From positions 9,474 through 73,473 of the forward strand of contig JBKPCV010000046.1 of NCBI GenBank assembly GCA_046727575.1: a DNA stretch of 64,000 nucleotides, written 5' to 3'. The notes under the pieces are model-generated. The model was given only the letters and a program-made list of their open reading frames with translations, did not search any database and was not told where the DNA came from. Within the stretch, counting starts at the first letter, position 1. Every line of letters starts with the position of its first letter. This DNA comes from Actinomycetota bacterium (GTDB lineage Bacteria; Actinomycetota; Acidimicrobiia; IMCC26256; DASPTH01). Made by a program: the position numbers and the translations under genes. Shown in pieces: positions 37,017 to 45,834 of the stretch.

Positions 37017-37760
37017 TCACTCCTTGCGGAGCTTCCAGATCTGCTCCGCCGGCCAGCGGCGCGCCCAACGTGGGTCCCAGCCGTACGTCGTGGCCGCGTG
37101 CTTGGGTGCTTGGAGCTCCACGAGGTCGTCGACGGCGAGCCCGTGCGCGCGGAACAGCCGGATCCACTCGCCAGACGGAAGGATGAAGTCGACGGTGCCC
37201 TCACCGGAGTCCCACATGCGCACCCCGAAGTACGGCTCCCGCAGACGACGGCCCACGCGTTGACGTTTGGGGTCCCACGCCAGGTAGCCCCACGGCGTCG
37301 AGTGCGCGAACGCGAACCGGCCGCCCGGCCGCAAGACGCGGGCCACTTCGGAGACGCTGCGGTCCGGGTCGCAGAACGACATCGCGCCGTGGTCACAGAA
37401 GACGACGTCGAAGGACGCGCTGCCGAGTGGAACGTTCTCGCCGCTGGCGCAGACGAGTGGGAACGCGAGCCCCTGTGCGCGCATCAGCGCACGAGCGTGG
37501 GCGAGCTGTGCGCGCGACTGATCGAGCCCAACGACGCGCGCACCATCGTGCGCGAGCGCCAGCGACCACTGCGCCGCGCCACACCCGAACTCGAGGACGT
37601 CGAGCCCGGTCGTGTCTCCGAGGACGCCGAGCTCGTTCTCGGGAATGCGCCACACGCCCCACGCCTTCGGGTGCGCGGCGAGCAATCTGCCGTGCGTCGC
37701 CTGGTAATCGTCCGCGTCGGCGTCCCAGAACGCGCGATTGCGACGTTCGTGGCTGGTCAC
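37017..37760 (-). CDS. class I SAM-dependent methyltransferase
   Basis: VLEFGCGAAQWS (motif I) and LRPGGRFAF. GTG start at 37760. Confidence 0.75.
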   Translation of the reverse strand: MTSHERRNRAFWDADADDYQATHGRLLAAHPKAWGVWRIPENELGVLGDTTGLDVLEFGCGAAQWSLALAHDGARVVGLDQSRAQLAHARALMRAQGLAFPLVCASGENVPLGSASFDVVFCDHGAMSFCDPDRSVSEVARVLRPGGRFAFAHSTPWGYLAWDPKRQRVGRRLREPYFGVRMWDSGEGTVDFILPSGEWIRLFRAHGLAVDDLVELQAPKHAATTYGWDPRWARRWPAEQIWKLRKE

Positions 37761-37794
37761 GTGAACAGGCGGGCGCCGGGCATCGGTGCGGAGG

Positions 37795-38454
37795 TTACGA
37801 CTCGAGCGGGAGCACCCAGAACGCAATCGCGCAGTAGTGCAACGCGGCCGCGGCGATCACCAGGAGGTGGAAGAGCTCGTGGTAGCCGAAGACGGCGGGC
37901 CACGGGTCGGGCCGTCTCGCCGCGTGCACGATCGCGCCGGTCGTGTACAGCACCCCGCCTCCGGCGACGAGTGCCACACCCGCGATCCCCGTGCTCGCCC
38001 ACAGCCCACCGACCGCGAACACTCCGATCCAACCGAGGACGAGATACACGGTCGTCACGTAGCCGCGCGGCGGGATCGCTGGTAGCCACTCGTAACTGAT
38101 GCCACCGAGCGCGATGGCCCACACCAAGGCAAGCACGAGGACGCGCGCGCCACCGCCGTTCGTCAGGAGGAGAATCGGGGTTCCGGTTCCGGCGATGAAC
38201 AGGAAGATCGCGGTGTGGTCGAGCTTCAGCAGGTAACGAGCGCTCGTCGGCGGCCAGTTCGAGCGGTGATAGAACGCGCTGGTGGCGAACATGGCGACGA
38301 GCGTGCCGGCGTAGATGGACGCCCCGACGGTCGGGAGCCCGCCAGGTGCGTTCGCCACGAGCGCGATTGCGAGCACGATCGACGCGAAGAAGGCGTAGAG
38401 GTGTGAGACGCCCCGGAGCCGTGGCTTGGCCGCGAGCTCGGGCGGGACAATCAC
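37795..38454 (-). CDS. hemolysin III / PAQR family membrane protein
   Basis: PRLRGVSHLYAF...SAFYH...LDHTAIF...ELFH, with 7 predicted TM segments. GTGA overlap with the upstream small ORF. Confidence 0.85.
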   Translation of the reverse strand: MIVPPELAAKPRLRGVSHLYAFFASIVLAIALVANAPGGLPTVGASIYAGTLVAMFATSAFYHRSNWPPTSARYLLKLDHTAIFLFIAGTGTPILLLTNGGGARVLVLALVWAIALGGISYEWLPAIPPRGYVTTVYLVLGWIGVFAVGGLWASTGIAGVALVAGGGVLYTTGAIVHAARRPDPWPAVFGYHELFHLLVIAAAALHYCAIAFWVLPLES

Positions 38455-38690
38455 CCGCCGTGCTCCCGGCGCTCACGCGCGGCGAGCGCTCGCACCTCGG
38501 CGCGCCGCGTCGAGGGTGCGACCACCGCGCCGATGATGATCGAGATCGCCGCGATGACGAGGAGTGACAGGCCGAGGATCAAGCCGAGCACCAGGATCGC
38601 GAGGAACGCGACCGCGGTGTCGACGGCGAAGTGGACGGCCAGCGAACGCGGCGGTCGAGGTGGGAGCGGAGAGGAAGGTTCGCTCGTCAA
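38451..38690 (-). CDS. small hydrophobic protein (hypothetical)
   Basis: 79 codons with hydrophobic core AVAFLAILVLGLILGLSLLVIAAISIIIGAVV. TTGA and GTGA overlaps with both neighbours support translation. Confidence 0.45.
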   Translation of the reverse strand: MTSEPSSPLPPRPPRSLAVHFAVDTAVAFLAILVLGLILGLSLLVIAAISIIIGAVVAPSTRRAEVRALAARERREHGG

Positions 38691-39067
38691 CTCGCGCTGA
38701 TCGTACCAACCATGCCCGCGGCGCGATGCCCCGGGATCGAGCAGTAGAAGGTGTACTTGCCTGGTTTCGTGAGACGGAGGCCGCCGCGCGCCGTCTTGCC
38801 GCCATTCACTTCGACGACCAGCCCCTTCTTCTTGCCCTGGACCACGAAGTCGTGGCGCTGATCCTCGGAGTGCAAGACGATGGCGACGTTCTCGCCTGCG
38901 CGCACGTCGATCGTGTTCGGATCGAACTCGTAGTTACGTGCAGCGACCTTGATCTTGCGTGCCCCGGGCTTGACCGGGGCGTTGCTCGCGTCGGCACGAC
39001 CGCCTCCGCCGTACACGACGAGACCCATCAGAGAAATGAGCGCGAGGGCCAGGAAACGACGCATCAC
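38687..39067 (-). CDS. cupredoxin domain protein (type-1 copper site)
   Basis: Signal/anchor N-terminus. H...C...H...M ligand pattern (HDFVV ... YCSIPGHRAAGM). Confidence 0.75.
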   Translation of the reverse strand: MMRRFLALALISLMGLVVYGGGGRADASNAPVKPGARKIKVAARNYEFDPNTIDVRAGENVAIVLHSEDQRHDFVVQGKKKGLVVEVNGGKTARGGLRLTKPGKYTFYCSIPGHRAAGMVGTISAS

Positions 39068-39090
39068 GAGGAGGGTACCGATTCCGGAAG

Positions 39091-40503
39091 CTAGGCAAGG
39101 ATCACGAGACGAGGTTCGGTCATCTCGTGCACGGCGTATTTGGGGCCTTCGCGGGTGTTGCCGCTGTCGCGTCGTCCTCCGTACGGCATCTGGTCGGCTC
39201 GGTACGTCGGCACTTCGTTCACCAGCACACCGCCGAAATCGAGCTCACGCGCGGCGCGGAGTGCGACCGCGAGGTCGCTGGTGAAGATCGCGGCCTGCAG
39301 TCCGTACCGTGTGTCGTTGGCGAGACGCAACGCCTCGTCGACCGCGTCGTAGGTCCGCACGGCCACCACCGGCCCGAACACCTCCTCCGAGCAGACCTTC
39401 ATGTCGGGCTCGACCTCGGTGAGGACGGTCGGCGCAAGCACCCCTTCACGCACGATCCCGCCGGTCGCCACCTTCGCACCGGCGGCAACCGCCTCGTCGA
39501 TCCACGACGCGACGCGGTCCCGGTCGCCCGTGGAGATCAGGGACGACACGTCGGTCGCGTCGTCGAGTGGGTCGCCGACGACCAGCGCCTCGACGAGCGG
39601 GACGAGCTCACCGAGGAACGTCTCGCTGGTCGACTCGTGCACGTAGACGCGCTGCGTCGAGATGCAGGACTGGCCGGCGTGGCTGAAGCCCGCGACCGAG
39701 ATCTTCTTCGCCGCGGTTGCGATGTCGGCGTCCGGCTCGAGGATCACCGGCGCGTTGTTCCCGAGCTCGAGCCCGACCTTCTTCCGCGGCGCGCGCGCAC
39801 GGATCGACCAGCCGACGTCGGGCGAGCCGGTGAATGTGATCATCGCCACGTCGTCGTGGTCGACCAGCGGGTCGCCCACCTTCGCGCCGCTCCCGGTCAC
39901 CACGTTGAGGTGGCCGGCGGGGAGACCACACTCGTTCAGGAGGAGGTCCGCGAGCGCGAGCGCCGACAGCGGCGTCTGTGAGGCCGGCTTCAACACGACT
40001 GGACAGCCGGCCGCGATGGCGGGAGCGAGCTTGTGGGCGACGAGATTCAACGGGAAGTTGAACGGGCTGATCGCGCCCACCACGCCGATCGGCACTCGAA
40101 GCGTGAACGCGAGCTTTCCTTCACCGACGTCGGCCGCGTCCATCGGCACCATCTCGCCCGAGAGCGCACGCGCCTCAGCCGCTGCGAAGGTGAACGTCGA
40201 GATGGCGCGGCGAGCCTCGATGCGGGCCGTCTTCATCGGCTTGGCGGCTTCCTCCGCGATGGTCCGCGCGAACCGCTCGTGTCGCTGTCCGAGCAATTGC
40301 GCGGCCCGGTCGAGGATCTCGGCGCGTTGCCATGGCGCAAGCGTGGTCTCGCGGTGCGCGACTGCCGCCGCCGCAACCGCGCGGTCCACGTGGCGGGCGT
40401 CACACGCGGGAACGCGGTCGATCACGTGGCCATCAAACGGCGAGCGCACGACCAACTCGTCGTCGGTCGTGACCCAGTCGGTGCCGATCGGTACCGGTCG
40501 CAT
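39091..40503 (-). CDS. NAD(P)-dependent aldehyde dehydrogenase
   Basis: ISPFNFPLNL, VVLKPAS, LELGNNAP, and catalytic GQSCIS. Strong SD AGGAGG lies before the ATG. Confidence 0.9.
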   Translation of the reverse strand: MRPVPIGTDWVTTDDELVVRSPFDGHVIDRVPACDARHVDRAVAAAAVAHRETTLAPWQRAEILDRAAQLLGQRHERFARTIAEEAAKPMKTARIEARRAISTFTFAAAEARALSGEMVPMDAADVGEGKLAFTLRVPIGVVGAISPFNFPLNLVAHKLAPAIAAGCPVVLKPASQTPLSALALADLLLNECGLPAGHLNVVTGSGAKVGDPLVDHDDVAMITFTGSPDVGWSIRARAPRKKVGLELGNNAPVILEPDADIATAAKKISVAGFSHAGQSCISTQRVYVHESTSETFLGELVPLVEALVVGDPLDDATDVSSLISTGDRDRVASWIDEAVAAGAKVATGGIVREGVLAPTVLTEVEPDMKVCSEEVFGPVVAVRTYDAVDEALRLANDTRYGLQAAIFTSDLAVALRAARELDFGGVLVNEVPTYRADQMPYGGRRDSGNTREGPKYAVHEMTEPRLVILA

Positions 40504-40510
40504 CGCTACC

Positions 40511-40622
40511 TCCTAGATGTCGGGTCGCTCGCTGCTCGCCGGGATACCCGGCTCGCCTCCGCTCGCTCCTAGATGTCGGGTCGCTCGCTGCTCGCCGGGA
40601 TACCCGGCTCGCCTCCGCTCGC
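40511..40622 (-). repeat. two identical 56-bp tandem units, each containing the 31-nt hairpin element
   Basis: 40511-40566 and 40567-40622 read identically (56 of 56). Cores are at 40526-40556 and 40582-40612. A partial third unit starts at 40623 and reaches into the ppx stop. Confidence 0.9.
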
Positions 40623-40624
40623 TC

Positions 40625-42175
40625 CTATCCGAGTGCCGAGTGAGCGAGTGCAGGATGACTGGTGAACTCCACTTCGCGATCGAACAGCTTCTCGAAGAGG
40701 GCACGCTTCCGACGAGCGCCCCAGACCTCGAGCTCGGTGTCGCCCGCGCTCCGGAGGCGCACGAGCACGAGCGACGGCGTGACCATCGTGTCGAGGCCGT
40801 ACACATTCTGTTCACGGCTGCGGTCGAGGCCGTCGGCAATGCGGAGCAGCGCGGTGAGGATCCGAACCCGCGCGATGGCATCCGCGTCGAGCAGAGGGAA
40901 CTCGTCGGACGGACGCGGGTCACCGCTGCGGTGCCAGCGCACGATCGCGGCCAGCGCTTCGACCTCGTCGGGGGCGAAGCCACGGAGCTGCCCGTTCCGG
41001 ACGAGGTACGCCGAGTGGCGATGATGGCCCGCACTCGAGACGTGTTCACCGATGTCGTGCAGGAGAGCCGCGTGCTCGAGGAGCTCACGGTCGTTGGCGT
41101 CGAGGCCGTGGAGCTGTTCGGTCGTGTCGAAGAGCTCGAGTGCGAGCATGGCGACCTGGCGTGCGTGCGCCTCCGGCCAGTTGCAACGGCGGGCGAGGCT
41201 GTGCACCGACTCAAGGCGTATCGCGCGCGGGTTGTCCGACGCGACGAGCGTGCCGTGCCCGACCGCGTCGAGCACGATGCCCTCGCGCAACGCCCATTCG
41301 GAGATCGTGAGCGCGTCGAGATCGAACTCCTCGATCGCGGTCACGAGGATCATCGAGCCCGCGACGACGAGGTCGACGCGCCGCGCCTCGAGACCGTCGA
41401 GACGCAGCCGCTCGGACGCCGTGGAGCCGATGATCTCCTTGTGCAATGGCTCGATCTCGGCGCGGGTGATCGTCAGCTGGTTCAGGGACGATGGAGGCTC
41501 TTCGTCGCGACGCGCAACGACCATCTGCGCGAGGCACTCGAGGGTGCCGCTGCTGCCGACCGCCAGTTTCGGCGCGAAGTGCTCGACTTCACGCCGCGCT
41601 GGTGTGAGCTCGTCGACGATGCGATCGTGCAGCGCGCGCCGGTCGCGCTTCGAGAGCGGATCCGAGTGCACGAGCTCAGCAGTGAGACGGGCGACGCCGA
41701 GGGGGAGGCTCGTTCCCCACTGCATCCCGCGTGCGTCCCCGACCATCACCTCCAGACTGCCGCCCCCGAGGTCGAAGCAGACCGCAGGGGCCGGATCGAG
41801 CACCACCGACGCCCGGATGGCCCCGAAGATCAAGCGTGCCTCCTCGTGGCCGCTGATCACCTCGACGACCACGCCGGTCTCCCGCTCGATGCGGTCGACG
41901 AGCTCGGCGCCGTTCTCCGCACGGCGGATCGCGCTCGTGGCGCGCGCCAACACCTCGGTCGCGTCCGCGGCGGACGCCAGGAGCCGGAAGCGCCGGACGG
42001 TCGCTACCGCCTGCTCGGCGGCCGTCGTCGGGATCCAACCGTGGCGGCTCACGACGTCGCCGAGCCGGAGCATTTCCTTCTCGCGGACGAGCGGTTCGAT
42101 GTGACCGTCGGGGTAGACGTCGGCGACGAGCAGATGGAACGAGTTGGTCCCGAGGTCCATCGCCGCGACGCGCAC
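40625..42175 (-). CDS. ppx: Ppx/GppA family phosphatase with C-terminal HD domain
   Basis: RVAAMDLGTNSFHLLVADV ... FDLGGGSLE, and the HD region LLHDIGEHVSSAGHHRHSAYL. GTG start at 42175. Confidence 0.85.
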   Translation of the reverse strand: MRVAAMDLGTNSFHLLVADVYPDGHIEPLVREKEMLRLGDVVSRHGWIPTTAAEQAVATVRRFRLLASAADATEVLARATSAIRRAENGAELVDRIERETGVVVEVISGHEEARLIFGAIRASVVLDPAPAVCFDLGGGSLEVMVGDARGMQWGTSLPLGVARLTAELVHSDPLSKRDRRALHDRIVDELTPARREVEHFAPKLAVGSSGTLECLAQMVVARRDEEPPSSLNQLTITRAEIEPLHKEIIGSTASERLRLDGLEARRVDLVVAGSMILVTAIEEFDLDALTISEWALREGIVLDAVGHGTLVASDNPRAIRLESVHSLARRCNWPEAHARQVAMLALELFDTTEQLHGLDANDRELLEHAALLHDIGEHVSSAGHHRHSAYLVRNGQLRGFAPDEVEALAAIVRWHRSGDPRPSDEFPLLDADAIARVRILTALLRIADGLDRSREQNVYGLDTMVTPSLVLVRLRSAGDTELEVWGARRKRALFEKLFDREVEFTSHPALAHSALG

Positions 42176-42209
42176 GATGCTGCAGGGTAACGGCCGGTAC
42201 CGTGACCCG

Positions 42210-43121
42210 ATGCAGCCCACGGCGGCGCGCTTCCGGGCCATGGGTACCGACGTCACCGTCCTCACGCTCGACGGCGATCCCGACGACGGCGCGCACGCCG
42301 CCGACGCCATCGAACGTCTCGAGGCGAAGTGGAGCAGGTTTCGACCGACGAGTGAGGTCTGCGCACTGAACGCGGCGGGTTCGGAGCCGGTCGTCGTCTC
42401 GCCGGAGACGTTCGCCCTCGTCGACCTCGCGGTGCGGGCGTCGGAGGCGACGGGTGGCCTCTACGACCCGACCGTCCTTGCAGCCGTGATGGCGGCGGGT
42501 TACGACCGTGACTTCGGCGACGTCTCCGGCGCAGGACCCGGCCCTGCGGCACCGGTCGCGCCCGCGCCTGGCTGCGCCGGCATCGCGCTCGACGCGCGCC
42601 TGCACGCGGTCACGCTCCCGCCCGGCGTTTCACTCGACCTCGGCGGCATCGGGAAGGGCTATGCCGCTGATCTTGTAGCGCGTCAACTCGTCGGACGCGG
42701 CGCCAGCGGCGCGCTCGTGAACCTCGGAGGTGACCTGCGCGCAGTCGGAGATGCGCCGGAGCCGCGCGGCTGGGTCGTCTCCGTCGACGACCCGCTCGGC
42801 ACTGGGGCGACGGGGGTGCTCGCCCTCTCGGCGGGTGCGATCGCGACGAGCACGCGGTTCCGCCGTTCGTGGTCGCGCGACGGGAAGCCGCTCCACCACC
42901 TTGTTGACCCGCGCACTGGCGTCCCCGCGTCGAGTGGAGTCGCGTCGCTGACGGTGGTCGCGGGTCAAGGCTGGCGCGCCGAGGTGTTGGCCAAGGCGGC
43001 ATTCATCGCGGGTGCGCACGATGGAGCGGCCGTTGTCATGCGCGCCGGTGCGACCGGGTTGGTCGTGTACGACGACGGCCGGGTGCAGGACCTCGACGGT
43101 CTTGCTGCGTTCCGTCCGTGA
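42210..43121 (+). CDS. apbE: FAD:protein FMN transferase (ApbE family)
   Basis: FRAMGTDVTV..., RFRPTSEVCALN, and LDLGGIGKGYAADL. Confidence 0.8.
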   Translation: MQPTAARFRAMGTDVTVLTLDGDPDDGAHAADAIERLEAKWSRFRPTSEVCALNAAGSEPVVVSPETFALVDLAVRASEATGGLYDPTVLAAVMAAGYDRDFGDVSGAGPGPAAPVAPAPGCAGIALDARLHAVTLPPGVSLDLGGIGKGYAADLVARQLVGRGASGALVNLGGDLRAVGDAPEPRGWVVSVDDPLGTGATGVLALSAGAIATSTRFRRSWSRDGKPLHHLVDPRTGVPASSGVASLTVVAGQGWRAEVLAKAAFIAGAHDGAAVVMRAGATGLVVYDDGRVQDLDGLAAFRP

Positions 43122-43150
43122 GTACGATGTTTGTGTCAAGGAGGTTCGTA

Positions 43151-43912
43151 ATGCCTGATGCCGATCGTTGGTACCTCCCGTCGTTCGAAAGCGTGGAAGA
43201 GGAGCGTCTGCACCGGAAGCAGCGGCTCGCGGCGGGGTTCCGCCTCTTCGGGAAGTTCGGGTTCGAGGAGGGCGTGGCTGGGCACATCACGGCGCGCGAC
43301 CCCGAGCACCTCGACCACTTCTGGGTCAATCCGTTCGGGATGAGCTTCAGTCACATCCGGCAGTCGGACCTCATCCGAGTCAACGCCCAGGGAGAAGTCG
43401 TCGAGGGCACTGCGCGCGTCAACACCGCGGCGTTCGCGATCCACTCCGCGGTGCACGCTGCGCGTCCCGACGTGATCGCTGCCGCGCACTCCCACTCGAT
43501 CTACGGTAAGTCATGGTCGTCGCTCGGTCGTCTGCTCGACCCGCTCACGCAGGATGCGTGCGCATTTTTCGAGGACCACGCGCTGTTCGACGACTACACG
43601 GGTGTGGTGCTCGACCCCGAGGAAGGCAAGCGCATCGCGCACACGCTCGGCGACAAGAAGGCGGTCATCCTGCGCAACCACGGCCTGCTCACGGTCGGGC
43701 ACTCCGTGGAGGAGACCGTGTTCTGGTTCGTCACGATGGAGCGCACGTGCCAGGCGCAACTACTCGCGGAGGCGGCGGGCACGCCGGTGCTCATCGACAC
43801 CGACATGGCGCGCGTGACGCGGGACCAGGTCGGCGAACATGTGACTGGCTACTTCTCGTTCGGTCCGCTCTACGACAAGATCGTGCGCGAGCAGCCAGAC
43901 CTGCTCGACTGA
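43151..43912 (+). CDS. class II aldolase/adducin family protein
   Basis: ATG preceded by AGGAGG. EGVAGHITARD ... AAHSHSIYG ... ILRNHGLLTVG. Confidence 0.8.
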   Translation: MPDADRWYLPSFESVEEERLHRKQRLAAGFRLFGKFGFEEGVAGHITARDPEHLDHFWVNPFGMSFSHIRQSDLIRVNAQGEVVEGTARVNTAAFAIHSAVHAARPDVIAAAHSHSIYGKSWSSLGRLLDPLTQDACAFFEDHALFDDYTGVVLDPEEGKRIAHTLGDKKAVILRNHGLLTVGHSVEETVFWFVTMERTCQAQLLAEAAGTPVLIDTDMARVTRDQVGEHVTGYFSFGPLYDKIVREQPDLLD

Positions 43913-43930
43913 TGTTCAAGGCAGACGGCT

Positions 43931-44938
43931 TCACCGAAGCGCCTCGACTCCCTCGGTGACCCGCGCGTCCCACCAGGCGAGCTCCTCCGGATCGGGGTCG
44001 TACGCCTTGTTCCACGCGAGCTGCACCATCACGCCGAGGAGGCAGAGCGCGAGCTGGCGGTCCCACCACGGGTCCGTGTCGACACCGTGACGGTGGAGCG
44101 CCCGGCGGTACGCGTCGATGGCGTCGTCCGTCGCGTGTCCGATCGGGAGCCGCGCGACGTTCAGCGCCACGTAGTGGGCGAGCTCGGTCAGCGGCGGGCC
44201 GGCACCGGGTAGCGACCAGTCGACGAGCACGGTACGACCGTCGGGATGGCTCCCGAGGTTCCCGAGTTTCCAGTCGCCGTGCAAGAACGTGTGTGGGGTG
44301 TCGTCGAGCGCCGCGACGAGTCGCCAGGGCTCGGCGCGTAGGGGCGCGACCGCGTTCGCCAGTTCCGGCGCGACGCCCGCGAGCAATGCCCACCCGTCCG
44401 CCGCGATGCTGGGGACCTGCGCGGGAGAGCCGAGCGCGGCCTCACACGCGAGAGCCTCGGCGCCGAAGAACGAGTACCGGTTCACCAGCGGACACAGACC
44501 GACGATGTCGTCCCAACCCCAGCAAGCCGCGTGGAAGGCTGCGAGATGGTCGAGGAAGCGGAGGTGCTGCTCGAGGGGAAGGGGGGTGTCGTCTGCGGGC
44601 ACCAGCCACTCGCTCACGTCACGCATCAGCACCGCGCCGCCGGTCCCGGCGCGCGCGGCACCGACGATCGCGTGGTCGATGCAGTCGGGCGCGAGGTCGA
44701 CGACCCCGGCTTCCCACACGCGCACGGGCCAGCACGAGATGTCACCGGTCTGGCGGGCGATCCAATCGTCGGCGCGGTCGACGAGTTTCAGCACGTACCT
44801 CTCGTCGTCGATCACGACGCGCTCGAACCGCGCTCCCGACTTGGAGTCGGTGCTCTCCATGGGCTCGCGTCTCGACGCGCCAGCGACGAGCGCGTCGACC
44901 GACGGCGCCAGCTGGCGTGGAGCGGTGCGCGTGGTCAC
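43931..44938 (-). CDS. phosphotransferase enzyme family protein (APH/choline-kinase fold)
   Basis: Brenner motif FLHGDWKLGNL followed by VLVDWS. GTG start chosen at 44938. Confidence 0.7.
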   Translation of the reverse strand: MTTRTAPRQLAPSVDALVAGASRREPMESTDSKSGARFERVVIDDERYVLKLVDRADDWIARQTGDISCWPVRVWEAGVVDLAPDCIDHAIVGAARAGTGGAVLMRDVSEWLVPADDTPLPLEQHLRFLDHLAAFHAACWGWDDIVGLCPLVNRYSFFGAEALACEAALGSPAQVPSIAADGWALLAGVAPELANAVAPLRAEPWRLVAALDDTPHTFLHGDWKLGNLGSHPDGRTVLVDWSLPGAGPPLTELAHYVALNVARLPIGHATDDAIDAYRRALHRHGVDTDPWWDRQLALCLLGVMVQLAWNKAYDPDPEELAWWDARVTEGVEALR

Positions 44939-45749
44939 GTCGCCAGTCTCGCGGTCCCAGCCGCGGTGTTCGCTACATTCCTGGCGCATCGACCCCGATC
45001 TGAGGCTCGCCCTCGAGCTCGCCGACGCCGCCGACGTCCTCACGATGGCGCGATTCCGCGCCCTCGATCTCGTGGTCGAGACGAAGCCCGACCTGACGCC
45101 GGTCACCGAGTCCGATCGGTCGGTCGAGCAGACGCTGCGCGACCGGATCGGGCGGGCTCGGGCCGGCGACGCGATCGTCGGTGAGGAATATGGGGCGACC
45201 GGTGACGGCGATCGTCGTTGGATCATCGACCCGATCGACGGCACCCGCAGCTACGCGCGTGGGATCCCGGTGTGGGCCACGCTCGTCGCGCTCGAGCGAG
45301 AGGGCGAGCTGGCAGTCGGTGTGGTGTCGGCACCGGCGCTGCGTGCGCGGTGGTGGGCCGCACGCGGCGGCGGCGCCTTCCGCGACGGCGAGTCGGTGCG
45401 CGTGTCGAACGTCTCGCGGATCGAGGACGCGCACCTCGCGTACGACGCCCTGGGCCACTTCGAGGCGGTCGGCCGCGGCGAGCAGTTCCTCGCGCTCGCA
45501 CGACGCTGCTGGCGCACGCGTGGCTTCGGGGATTTCTGGCCCTACGTCCTGGTCGCCGACGGATCGATCGACATCGCAGTGGAGCCGGAGGGCCTGTCGT
45601 TGTGGGACCTCGCGGCGCCGCTCGTCATCGTCGAGGCCGCGGGCGGCCGCTTCACCGATTTCGAGGGGATCGCCCGCGCGGATGGCGGCAACGCGGTCGC
45701 TACGAACGGCATCTTGCACGACGAAGTGCTCGCCGCGCTCGTGCCATGA
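44931..45749 (+). CDS. hisN: histidinol-phosphatase, inositol monophosphatase family
   Basis: DLRLALELADAAD...ETKPDLTPVTESDRSVE...GEEYG...WIIDPIDGTRSY resembles mycobacterial HisN as I recall it. The start is uncertain because no ATG/GTG/TTG lies near the expected N-terminus. Confidence 0.7.
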   Translation: MVTSPVSRSQPRCSLHSWRIDPDLRLALELADAADVLTMARFRALDLVVETKPDLTPVTESDRSVEQTLRDRIGRARAGDAIVGEEYGATGDGDRRWIIDPIDGTRSYARGIPVWATLVALEREGELAVGVVSAPALRARWWAARGGGAFRDGESVRVSNVSRIEDAHLAYDALGHFEAVGRGEQFLALARRCWRTRGFGDFWPYVLVADGSIDIAVEPEGLSLWDLAAPLVIVEAAGGRFTDFEGIARADGGNAVATNGILHDEVLAALVP

Positions 45750-45789
45750 GCGAGCGTCGCGAGCCGGGTATCCCGGCGAGCAGCGAGCG
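45747..45789 (+). repeat. dispersed intergenic hairpin element, canonical copy
   Basis: TGAGCGAGCG-tc-GCGAGCCGGGTATCCCGGCGAGCAGCGAGCG. The core at 45759-45789 is identical to the reverse complement of 40526-40556. The element begins with the hisN stop codon. Confidence 0.85.
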
Positions 45790-45834
45790 GGGCCCGAGCG
45801 GCCCGAGCGGCGAAGCCGCCCAGGAGCGGGAAGC

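Noticed and set aside
40511-40622. Possible CRISPR array
   Set aside because: There are only two directly abutting identical units with no spacers, and no cas genes are in the window. It is a tandem duplication.
42194-42201. Recurrent GGTACC/GGTATC at the centres of many hairpin loops (14801, 16686, 40545, 42194, 45767, 55803, 55839, 62903) as a possible recognition motif
   Set aside because: GGTAYC is expected many times by chance in 64 kb of this composition. The pattern is not separable from the repeat families already reported.
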